From Macrostomum lignano (Eukaryota), in contig NIVC01001167.1 in the NCBI GenBank assembly GCA_002269645.1, positions 62,001-126,000 of the forward strand: DNA of 64,000 nt, written 5' to 3'. The notes beneath the pieces were generated by a model that saw nothing but the letters and a program-made list of their open reading frames with translations, made no database searches and was not told the origin of the DNA. The stretch's first letter is position 1, and the number at the start of each line of letters is the position of its first letter. A program made the translations under genes and the position numbers. Positions 13,145-24,900 of this stretch are shown in pieces.

Positions 13145-13348
13145 GTGTCATTGTGGCGCCGATTCTGGTGTCATTGTGGCGCCGATTCTGGTGTCATTGT
13201 GGCGCCGATTCTGGTGTCATTGTGGCGCCGATTCTGGTGTCATTGTGGCGCCGATTCTGGTATCATTGTGGCGCCGATTCTGGTGTCATTGTGGCACCGA
13301 TTCTGGTGTAATTGTGGCGCCGATTCTGGTGTCATTGTGGCGCCGCTT
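13145..13348. repeat. 23-bp minisatellite (gtgtcattgtggcgccgattctg)
   Basis: About 9 near-identical units. Confidence 0.95.
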
Positions 13349-13739
13349 TGGGTAATCATTTGAGAGACGAATTCGAGGTCAGAATAGCGTTAAACTATGA
13401 TCTATACATCTATTTATATTTGTATATAGATCGATGTTATTCAGACTTAATATGAAAGAAACAATCTTCATTTTCCCTATCTTTGAAAGCACTGCAGTAG
13501 AACTGCAACGCGCCCCTTGATGATGGTTGACACGCTAAGGCCTCTCAGTAGGCATGTTATCGTCCCGTGTGTAAAAACTGAATTCGAGTTCTCTAATAGC
13601 CAAACATGCAAGCCACAACGGGAGCAGTCTGGTCAGCTCAACCGGCAAATCTGTATAATGACTGTATAGAATCTTTGCCACGGGCCTCTTCAACTCTCTT
13701 CATGGACCTCTGGAACTGTTCTTGTGGACTGATGAGTGT

Positions 13740-14142
13740 GATTAAACTGAGCGCTTGTGACAGACATTAGTTGTGATTGTGATAAAACTGAGCGCTTGTG
13801 ACAGACATTAGTTGTGGTTGTGATAAAACTGAGCGCTTGTGACAGACATTAGTTGTGGTTGTGATAAAACTGCGCTATTGTGACAGACATTAGTTGTGGT
13901 TGTGATAAAACTGAGCGCTTGTGACAGACATTAGTTGTGGTTGTGATAAAACTGCGCTATTGTGACAGACATTAGTTGTGGTTGTGATAAAACTGAGCGC
14001 TTGTGACAGACATTAGTTGTGGTTGTGATAAAACTGCGCTATTGTGACAGACATTAGTTGTGGTTGTGATAAAACTGAGCGCTTGTGACAGACATTAGTT
14101 GTGGTTGTGATAAAACTGCGCTATTGTGACAGACATTAGTTG
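13740..14142. repeat. 41-bp tandem repeat with alternating A/B variants
   Basis: gtgataaaactg(agcgct|cgctat)tgtgacagacattagttgtggtt about 10 times, no spacers. Confidence 0.95.
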
Positions 14143-14864
14143 CGATGAAACAAACTTAAATGACAGAATTTAATTCAGTCACGGTTAATCTCAATTACAT
14201 GCATGTATTTTGATCTTATTGTCCAGCTTCCGATCCAGAAGTAATATTTCTAGCGGTCCCTGGCGGGCCTATCATCTTGATCCTGGACACATGCTCGCAA
14301 GCCCGTGGGAATTTAGCAAACGGGGGCGGGCATTGAAGCCGACTTTTCTCCCAATTCAGATGACGAGTTCCCTACCCCCCAGTCTCACTGGTGATGCAGC
14401 TCTTGACAATTTGGACATTGTGCAATAAATGAAGCGGTAATGGCGGCTTCAATCTACCAAACACAGGGTTGTCTTCATCAGCCTTCTGCAGCAGACTTGA
14501 GCCAGGCTCGCTGCTTAAACCACCGATCTGCCTGTCAATCAATCTTTCCCCTCAGAGTCTGTCCGTATCGTTGCTTTAACGTCACCTGTCAAAGGTCAAT
14601 TTAATTTTGACTTGCTGGTTGTCGGTTTGACATCTAAAGAAGCTTATTGAGTTCTTGCAATGTGATTTGTTTTATCGAATCGGGGGTCTGCTGAAAATTC
14701 GAACAGATGTCACTAATTGTTTTTTAAGCGAGAAGTTCATGTAGGAGTTTATATCAATATGAGCAGCAATTATAGATAAGAAGCTTGTAAGCGGCAGTTT
14801 CAGGACTCTCTGATGCTGCAGCTCTGCTGAACACTATGGCTGAGGAGTGGGGTGAGAATTTGAG

Positions 14865-15715
14865 GGGTATTTAGAGTGTGGCAGAGGGGTATTTAGAGAT
14901 AGACAAATAGGGTATTTATTAGAGTGAAGCGAAGGGGTATTTAGAGTGAAGCGGAGGGGTATTTAGAGTGAAGCGGAGGGGTATTTAGAGTGAAGCGGAG
15001 GGGTATTTAGAGTGAAGCGGAGGGGTATTTAGAGATAGACAAATGGGGTATTTAGAGTGTGGCAGAGGGGTATTTAGAGATAGACAAATAGGGTATTTAG
15101 AGTGAAGCGGAGGGGTATTTAGAGTGAAGCGGAGGGGTATTTAGAGTGAAGCGGAGGGGTATTTAGAGATAGACAAATGGGGTATTTAGAGATAGGCAGA
15201 GGGGGTATTTAGAGTGAGGCAGAAGGGGATTTTAGATAGACAAATGGGGTATTTCAAGTGAAGCAGAGGGGTATTTAGAGTGAGGCAGAGGGGTATTTAG
15301 AGTGAGGCAGAGGGGTATTTAGAGTGTGGCAGAGGGGTATTTAGAGTGTGGCAGAGGGGTATTTAGAGATAGACAAATGGGATATTTCAAGTGAAGCAGA
15401 GGGGTATTTAGAGATAGGCAGAGGGAGTATGTAGAGTGAGGCAGAGGGGTATTTAGAGTGAGGCAGAGGGGTATTTAGAGTGGGGCAGAGGGGTATTTAG
15501 AGTGAGGCAGAGGGGTATTTAGAGTGGGGCAGAGGGGTATTTAGAGTGAGGCAGAGGGGTATTTAGAGTGAGGCAGAGGGGTATTTAGAGGGGGGCAGAG
15601 GGGTATTTAGAGTGAGGCAGAGGGGTATTTAGAGTGAGGCAGAGGGGTATTTATCGTGGGGCAGAGGGGTATTTATCGTGGGGCAGAGGAGAATTTAGAG
15701 ACAGACTGAGGGGTA
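14865..15715. repeat. 22-bp minisatellite (gaggggtatttagagtgaggca)
   Basis: Tandem units. Confidence 0.95.
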
Positions 15716-16504
15716 TTAAGAGATAGACAGTATCGGATCAGATGCAGCAGATTCTGGTAGGCCTCTTAAAAAAATCAGTTCTTCACGCCGCGCAGCAGGC
15801 AAGCAATTAAAATTTCTTCCTAAATGATTCGAGAAGTCTTCGTTGCAGGCGTAGCCCAGAGACCAATTCAATTTAATTGCTTTAGTTGCCAGGGCGGCTC
15901 CCAGTTCATGCGCGAGAAAGAGTTTTCTTATGTTTTTTCAAACAAGCAATATCTGGAAAGTGAAAGGTGTTAACAAGGCCTGTGGCGGCATGAACATTCA
16001 ATGAGGGTCTCCAATTAAAGACAGTTTCTGTTCTCTTCTGCTTCTCTGTCTTGACCCCTCGTCACCTTTTTCTTTCCACACTCCCCGCCCCTCAAGTCTT
16101 TGTTCTTGGCATTGTCTTTGTTCCATTCATTTTTCTCACCTGACTGATGGGAGCTCTTTACATGCTTCGCATCAACTGAGGACTTCAATAACCAAGTAGA
16201 TTTTTCATTATGTATCATTCTTTCTCCCTCTTCTTGATCAGTTCTGCGGAACAATGGTTATGGTTATAGCATTGCTATATCAGTTCCTCTAGTCTGGACC
16301 GTTGTGGACAAAAAATCCTATTGAAGGACCAGGGTATCGCCAGGGTTTCTTTCTACTGCGCAGAAAGGAACCAACCCCTGCCATACTGACACTTTCTCAC
16401 AGAAGACTTCTGTGTGATGGCGTGGTGGTGACCCGGCTGAATCTGCATGGCTGAATGGCAGCTCTGTGTATTTTACTATTAATTTGTGGTTAGGGTATTT
16501 TAGA

Positions 16505-18020
16505 CAACGAATCGCCCCTCAACTCCTGCAATGAATCGCCCTTCAACTACAGCAAAGAATCGCCCTTCAACTACAGCAAGGAATCGCCCCTCAACTACAG
16601 CAAAGAATCGCCCCTCAACTACAGCAAGGAATCGCCCCTCAACTGCAGCAAAGAATCGCCCCTCAACTACAGCAAAGAATCGCCCTTCAACTGCAGCAAA
16701 GAATCGCCCCTCAACTGCAGCAAGGAATCGCCCTCAACTGCAGCAAGGAATCGCCCTCAACTGCAGCAAGGAATCGCCCCTCAACTGCAGCAAGGAATCG
16801 CCCTTCAACTACAGCAAGGAATCGCCCCTCAACTGCAGCAAGGAATCGCCCCTCAACTGCAGCAAGGAATCGCCCCTCAACTGCGGCAAAGAATCGCCCC
16901 TCAACTGCAGCAAAGAATCGCCCCTCAACTACAGCAAAGAATCGCCCCTCAACTGCAGCAAAGAATCGCCCCTCAACTGCAGCAAAGAATCGCCCCTCAA
17001 CTGCAGCAAGAAATCGCCCCTCAACTGCAGCAAGGAATCGCCCCTCAACTGCAGCAAAGAATCGCCCCTCAACTGCAGCAAAGAATCGCCCCTCAACTAC
17101 AGCAAAGAATCGCCCCTCAACTGCAGCAAAGAATCGCCCCTCAACTACAGCAAAGAATCGCCCCTCAACTGCAGCAAAGAATCGCCCCTCAACTGCAGCA
17201 AGGAATCGCCCCTCAACTGCAGCAAGGAATCGCCCCTCAACTGCAGCAAGAAATCGCCCTTCAACTACAGCAAAGAATCGCTCCTCAACTGCAGCAAGGA
17301 ATCGCCCTCAACTGCAGCAAGGAATCGCCCTCAACTGCAGCAAGGAATCGCCCCTCAACTGCAGCAAGGAATCGCCCTTCAACTACAGCAAGGAATCGCC
17401 CCTCAACTGCAGCAAGGAATCGCCCCTCAACTGCAGCAAGGAATCGCCCCTCAACTGCGGCAAAGAATCGCCCCTCAACTGCAGCAAAGAATCGCCCCTC
17501 AACTACAGCAAAGAATCGCCCCTCAACTGCAGCAAAGAATCGCCCTCAACTGCAGCAAAGAATCGCCCCTCAACTGCAGCAAGAAATCGCCCCTCAACTG
17601 CAGCAAGGAATCGCCCCTCAACTGCAGCAAGGAATCGCCCCTCAACTGCAGCAAAGAATCGCCCCTCAACTACAGCAAAGAATCGCCCCTCAACTGCAGC
17701 AAAGAATCGCCCCTCAACTACAGCAAAGAATCGCCCCTCAACTGCAGCAAAGAATCGCCCCTCAACTGCAGCAAGGAATCGCCCCTCAACTGCAGCAAGG
17801 AATCGCCCCTCAACTGCAGCAAAGAATCGCCCCTCAACTGCAGCAAGGAATCGCCCCTCAACTGCAGCAAGGAATTGCCTATAAACTACAGCAAGGAATC
17901 GCCTATAAACTACAGCAAGGAATCGCCTATAAACTACAGCAAGGAATCGCCTATAAACTACAGCAAGGAATCGCCTATAAACTACAGCAAGAAACCGCCC
18001 CTCAAGATTTCAGCAAGGAA
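16505..18020. repeat. 24-bp minisatellite (aatcgcccctcaactgcagcaagg), upstream of PTF1a
   Basis: About 60 units; same family as 18646-18980. Confidence 0.95.
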
Positions 18021-18645
18021 TGCCAGTGGCTGTACAATTGTTATCCTGCAACTCAATACCATATGATTAAGAACTGGCTCACTATCAGCATGGGGACAGT
18101 ATGTGTCATGAAGCATGGTATAATCAGTCTCTATGCACAGATTTGTATCTGCTCCGCATGGTGACTGTGACAGAGGTACTGCTCGATCTCTCATATGGAC
18201 GAATATTATAAGATTAAATTACTGCACTGCACAGGTACTAGAACAGGCGTCTTGTCAGTAACAACTTCACCAAATAAACTTCTGCCTGAACATACATTTA
18301 TATAGTCAATCATTATAAAATATATCTAACAATTTGAGAAAGGATTGACTAACCAAACCCAAATCAATCAACGATCTGTTTAACCGGAACCGAATCAAAT
18401 TTTAAAGCGGGACCGCCCGCGCACCCCTCACTGCCCCCCCTTGCTGCATTTCGTTGTCGATCCCCCATTGGCCTGGGTCGGGTGTCAGCGCGACCAACCA
18501 GAAGAGCCTGCGTGTGGGAGGCGAAATAACTCCCTCATATTTTTAGCGGCCAAAAGCAGCTCAGACTCAAAAGGAAAAATTATCTAAATACTTCAAAACG
18601 ACTATACTTATATTTACAAGGAGGTGTCTATTTATTATTCAGAAA

Positions 18646-18980
18646 AGAATCGCCCTTCAACTGCAGCAAGGAATCGCCCTTCAACTACAGCAAAGAATCG
18701 CCCCTCAACTGCAGCAATTAGGAATCGCCCCTCAACTGCAGCAAGGAATCGCCCCTCAACTGCAGCAAGGAATCGCCCCTCAACTGCAGCAAGGAATCGC
18801 CCCTCAACTGCAGCAAGGAATCGCCCCTCAACTGCAGCAAGGAATCGCCCCTCAACTGCAGCAAAGAATCGCCCCTCAACTGCAGCAAGGAATCGCCCCT
18901 CAACTACAGCAAGGAATCGCCCCTCAACTGCAGCAAGGAATCGCCCCTCAACTACAGCAAGGAATCGCCCCTCAACTGCA
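18646..18980. repeat. 24-bp minisatellite ending 4 nt before the PTF1a ATG (probable 5'-UTR intron)
   Basis: Last unit ends ...ctgcag|cca ATG. Confidence 0.9.
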
Positions 18981-18984
18981 GCCA

Positions 18985-21900
18985 ATGGATCCCAGCTTGT
19001 TTCAGCATCATCATCAATCGTCCATATTTTATCCGCACAGCTTCGACCCTCATCAGCAGCCCCCGATGCCCGCCTGTCACGCTCAGCAGCAATTTCCCAA
19101 TCAGCCTCATCATCAGCACCAGCAGCTCCAGCATCAGCAGCATCAGCCAGCCGGCAAGAAGCGCGGCCGTCTCGACCCCCGCCTCCGTCGCATCCATCAG
19201 CGCAAGGCGGCCAATCAGCGCGAGCGCAAGCGGATGCGCTCCATCAATGCCGCTTTTGAAGGCCTACGAAGGCGCCTGCCGGTGGAGCAGTCCGAGGACA
19301 GGAGGCTGTCCAAGGTGGAGACGCTCAAGCACGCCATCCAGTACATTCAAGGCCTCGCCGATCTGCTCAGCGCTTTGGAGGCCGACGAGGCCAGGACCAA
19401 CCCTGATGGCGTGGCCGCCAGGAGGAGGGCCAAGATTGTCCTGCTGTGCAGGACTGCCAATGATGAGGGGTCTTCGACGGCTTCGGCTGCTGCTGGCAGT
19501 GGCTGGCAAGGTGAGTTAATTGAGCTTGATTCTCATGGGTGAGATGGATCTCCCTCTCCGCTGTCTACCCTCTCCCTCTCCGCTGTCTACCCTCTCCCTC
19601 TCCGCTGTCTACCCTCTCCCTCTCCGCTGTCTACCCTCTCCTTCTCCGCTGTCTACCCTCTCCCTCTCCGCTGTCTACCCTCTCCTTCTCCGCTGTCTAC
19701 CCTCTCCTTCTCCGCTGTCTACCCTCTCCTTCTCCGCTGTCTACCCTCTCCTTCTCCGCTGTCTACCCTCTCCTTCTCCGCTGTCTACCCTCTCCCTCTC
19801 CGCTGTCTACCCTCTCCCTCTCCGCTGTCTACCCTCTCCCTCTCCGCTGTCTACCCTCTCCTTCTCCGCTGTCTACCCTCTCCTTCTCCGCTGTCTACCC
19901 TCTCCTTCTCCGCTGTCTACCCTCTCCTTCTCCGCTGTCTACCCTCTCCCTCTCCGCTGTCTACCCTCTCCCTCTCCGCTGTCTACCCTCTCCCTCTCCG
20001 CTGTCTACTCTCTCCTTCTCCGCTGTCTACCCTCTCCTTCTCCGCTGTCTACCCTCTACTTCTCCGCTGTCTACCATCTCCCTCTCCGCTGTCTTACCCT
20101 CTCCCTCTCCGCTGTTTACTCTCTCCCTCTCCGCTGTCTACCATCTCCCTCTCCGCTGTCTACTCTCTCCTTCTCCGCTGTCTACCCTCTCCCTCTCCGC
20201 TGTCTACTCTCTCCTTCTCCGCTGTCTACCCTCACCCTCTCCGCTGTCTACTCTCTCCTTCTCCGCTGTCTACCCTCACACTCTCCGCTGTCTACCCTTT
20301 ACTATAGAACCATCTCCAACATGTAGCAAAATGTTTAACTTATATTATTAATTGGGCCAAAAAGTCAATCAGCAAGCATTAATAATTCAAATAGAAAATA
20401 TAACTAAACAAAGATTGCATTTTTTTGGTGAGACTACTATGTAGCTCTATTATATGCGCCAATGTATAAATATATCGATATCTATACAGCTCTGCGATAT
20501 AACTGCATTAATAAATGATTGATCGAACCGAATAGAAGAATCGCCGCCTGCCTGCATGCAGCTCACTCGCTTTTATAGAATGCAAACACTTGATGTTGGA
20601 GGCTGCGGCTATAGCAGCAAAAGGCGCGGGAACTGCCAGCAGTATAAGAGGGAGAGACAGAAAAACGGCCCCTCGAGACATTGCGCAACCGTTCCTGCAG
20701 GCAGCTAGATTTTGAAACCCTCTTATACTTGTTAATCCTTATCACACTAAATCCTTTGTTGAGAAGTCCGCCCAGCAGCAGACTTAATGCGAATGATGTA
20801 ACTATGCACACACAGCAGCATATTCTGGGTTTGAGAATGACGGACACTTCAGTTGGGGAAATTATGAAATTGTTGCCAAGTTGCTGAGAGAAGGTGCTGA
20901 AGGATTGAAGGAGGCTGGGTCTGCTCAGTATGGAGCTGCTTGAGAAATCTCTCAAGGAAAAAGTGGGTCCGGGAGTTGCTTCGGGGTTTTTCACTCTTTC
21001 TGACCCGTTATGCTCTTCAGGAAAAGTCGCTGTTTCTTCAACGGTTGTTTCTTCAGGGGCTGCTTCTTCAGGGGCTGCTTCTTCAGGAGATGTTTCTTCA
21101 GGGGCTGCTTCTTCAGGAGATGTTTCTTCAGGGGCTTAGTTCTTCAGCGGCTGTTTCTTCAGGGGCTGCTTCTTCAGGGGCTGTTTCTTCAGGAGATGTT
21201 TCTTCAGGGGCTGTTTCTTCAGGAGATGTTTCTTCAGGGGCTGTTTCTTCAGGAGATGTTTCTTCAGGGGCTGTTTCTTCAGGAGATGTTTCTTCAGGGG
21301 CTGTTTCTTCAGGAGATGTTTCTTCAGGGGCTGCTTCTTCAGGAGATGTTTCTTCAGGGGCTGTTTCTTCAGGAGATGTTTCTTCAGGGGCTGTTTCTTC
21401 AGGAGATGTTTCTTCAGGGGCTATTTCTTCAGCGGCTGTTTCTTCAGCGGCTGTTTCTTCAGTGGCTTGGTTCTTCAGGGACTGTTTCTTCAGGGGCTGT
21501 TTCTTCAGGGGCTGTTTCTTCAGAAGATGTTTCTTCAGGGGCTATTTCTTCAGGGGCTGTTTCTTCAGCGGCTGTTTCTTCAGTGGCTTGGTTCTTCAGG
21601 GACTGTTTCTTCAGGGGCTGTTTCTTCAGGAGATGTTTCTTCAGGGGCTATTTCTTCAGGGGCTGCTTCTTCAGGAGATGTTTCTTCAGGGGCTGCTTCT
21701 TCAGGAGATGTTTCTTCAGGGGCTGTTTCTTCAGGAGATGTTTCTTCAGGGACTGTTTCTTCAGGGGCTGCTTCTTCAGGAGATGTTTCTTCAGGGGCTG
21801 TTTCTTCAGCGGCTGTTTCTTCAGGAGATGTTTCTTCAGGGGCTGCTTCTTCAGGAGATGTTTCTTCAGGGGCTGCTTCTTCAGGAGATGTTTCTTCAGG

Positions 21901-24900
21901 GGCTGTTTCTTCAGCGGCTGTTTCTTCAGGAGATGTTTCTTCAGGGGCTGCTTCTTCAGGAGATGTTTCTTCAGGGGCTATTTCTTCAGCGGCTGTTTCT
22001 TCAGGGGCTGTTTCTTCAGGGACTGTTTCTTCAGGGGCTGTTTCTTCAGGAGATGTTTCTTCAGGGGCTGTTTCTTCAGGAGATGTTTCTTCAGGGGCTG
22101 TTTCTTCAGGGGCTTAGTTCTTCAGCGGCTGTTTCTTCAGGGACTGTTTCTTCAGGGGCTGTTTCTTCAGGAGATGTTTCTTCAGGGGCTGCTTCTTCAG
22201 GGGCTGTTTCTTCAGGAGATGTTTCTTCAGGGGCTGCTTCTTCAGGGGCTGTTTCTTCAGGAGATGTTTCTTCAGGGGCTGCTTCTTCAGGGGCTGTTTC
22301 TTCAGGAGATGTTTCTTCAGGGGCTGCTTCTTCAGGGGCTGTTTCTTCAGGAGATGTTTCTTCAGGGGCTGTTTCTTCAGCGGCTGTTTCTTCAGTGGCT
22401 ATTTCTTCAGCGGCTGTTTCTTCAGTGGCTGTTTCTTCAGGGGCTGTTTCTTCAGGGGCTTGGTTCTTCAGGGGCTGTTTATTCAGGGGCTTGGTTCTTC
22501 AGGGGCTGTTTATTCAGAGGCTGTTTTTCAGGGGCTTGGTTCTTCAGGGGCTGTTTATTCAGGGGCTTGGTTCTTCAGAGGCTGTTTCTTCAGAGGTATA
22601 GCAATAGCGACAAAATCAAGGTGAAAAATAACAATGATCAAAATCATATGCTTGGAATGCGAACTTTCACTCACTATTAGTTCAATTCTCACTAATTTAA
22701 TTCTATAATAGCACACGTGGCCATGTCCGCCGCCCAGATCCCCCCGTTGTAGTCACCATGGTCAGGAACAGCCGCACACAGGCAAGAAATGCCTGTGTGC
22801 GTGACATGTTATAGACAATAAATCTTATCATTGATGTTGTGTGACTGTGGCTTTGGCCACTTCAGATCTTGTGGCTCTCATCCGTCTCGATTCTCCATCC
22901 ACATCCTTTTAATGTGAATTAAACAACCGACGCGTGTGCACCTCCGTATGCAACTGTGCTTTCCCCTGTCTGCTTGTGCGTGACTTGCTGGGGATGCGAT
23001 GCTGCATGGGAACTGTTAGGATTCGAGCTGAATTGTTTCAAACCATATCGAGTTTTTGTTACTGGCCAGTTTAGGATGTTCTGCTCTCTCTACTCTCCTA
23101 CCAACCCTGTCTACTATCCTATCTACTCTGTCTACTGTTCTGTTAGCTACCATATCTACTCTCTGTTATCTACCCTGTCTACTCTCTGTTAACTACCCTG
23201 TCTACTCTGTTATCTACCCTGTCTACTCTCTGTTATCTACCCTGTCTAATCTGTTATCTACCCTGTCTACTCTCTGTTAACTACCCTGTCTACTCTGTTA
23301 TCTACCCTGTGTCTTCTGTTATCTACCCTGTCTACTCTCTGTTATCTACCCTGTCTACTCTGTTATCTACTCTGTCTACTCTGCTATCTACTCTGTCTAC
23401 TCTCTGTAAACTACCCTGTCAACTCTGCTATCTACCCGGTCTACTCTCTGTTAACTACCCTGTCTACTCTGCTATCTATCCTGTCTACTCTCTGTTAACT
23501 ACCCTGTCTACTCTGTTATCTACCCTGTGTCTTCTGTTTTCTACCCTGTCTACTCTCTGTTAACTACCCTGTGTCTTCTGTTTTCTACCCTGTCTACTCT
23601 CTGTTATCTACCCTGTCTACTCTGTTGTCTACCCTGTCTACTCTGTTATCTACCCTGTCTACTCTGTTATCTACCCTGTCTACTCTGTTAACTACCCTGT
23701 CTACTCTGTTATCTACCCTGTCTACTCTGTTATCTACCCTGTCTACTCTGTTATCTACCATGTCTACTCTGTTATCTACCCTGTCTACTCTGTTATCTAC
23801 CCTGTCTACTCTGTTATCTACCCTGTCTACTCTGTTATCTACCCTGTCTACTCTGTTATCTACCCTGTCTACTCTGTTATCTACCCTGTCTACTCTGTTA
23901 TCTACCCTGTCTACTCTGTTATCTACCCTGTCTACTCTGTTATCTACCATGTCTACTCTGTTATCTACCCTGTCTACTCTGTTATCTACCCTGTCTACTC
24001 TGTTATCTACCCTGTCTACTCTGTTATCTACCCTGTCTACTCTGTTATCTACCCTGTCTACTCTGTTATCTACCCTGTCTACTCTGTTATCTACCCTGTC
24101 TACTCTGTTATCTACCCTGTCTACTCTGTTATCTACCCTGTCTACTCTGTTATCTACCCTGTCTACTCTGTTATCTACCATGTCTACTCTCTGCTATCTA
24201 CCCTTTCTGCCCTCTTATCTAACCTGCCCCCTACTTCTCATATCTACTTTATTTCCTATCAGAAGTCTGAGTTCTCATGCACTGATATTTTCTATACGTA
24301 ATAAAATCAACCAAAGTAAAATTCAGAATCAATCCAAATCTCACGAAAGCCGTTTATTGAAAGCTTAATAAAAAATTCACCATTATACTGAGGTATAGAT
24401 TTACTTGCTCTAACACTTCATCACCTTCACCAGTCTCCACTTGAAGCTTTGACAGGCCTATAATACACAATACAACAACTGAGAGCTGGACAAGCCACCG
24501 GCAAAGGTGCCAAGGAATTAACGGTCAAGATTAACTGGTTGAGCGCATAACGCACCCATACGCGTGGCCAGTCAAAATCGCTTTCACACTGTATGCTAAG
24601 AAAGTTTTACACAATGATCCGAAATTCTTTATAAAAGATGAAGAACCGCTTTACAAGGAATTCGACCATTAGGCCACGTGGCTACCATGCAGACCCGCCA
24701 TCCTTGATCTGCTTGGGAACTTTGCAGCAACTCAGCCCCCTTAACTCACCGATCCCTTCGAAATAAAACACGTGCTCCCTGCACACTTGCACACTTCAAT
24801 AGTGCGATAAAATATGCTTGTTAAAGGGAGGTCTTTGTCGCGAATTTCTATACAAGAAAGCTCAGGCGCATGTTCCTCGGCCAGATACGGCCCTTGCCGT

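Noticed and set aside
13740-14142. CRISPR-like look of the 41-bp repeats
   Set aside because: No unique spacers, no cas genes, eukaryotic context.
16340-16460. Possible LINE/SINE 3'-end fragment
   Set aside because: Similarity to RTE-type ends is too weak to support without a search.
16531-18066. 511-aa ORF (NCSKESPL repeats)
   Set aside because: Pure 24-bp repeat that switches frames at 23-nt units.
18510-18520. cgtgtgggag as an RBPJ/TC-box autoregulatory site for PTF1a
   Set aside because: Does not match GTGGGAA and no adjacent E-box was seen.
20562-20580. cag|ctcactcgctttta as PTF1a exon 2 (AHSLL*)
   Set aside because: Stops immediately; the exon at 28169 gives both the C1 and C2 motifs.
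20940-22680. Plus-strand 553-aa and 556-aa ORFs (SSGAV, FFRGC, LFLQG)
   Set aside because: Repeat read-through with no coherent domains; only the minus EETAP frame has plausible flanks.
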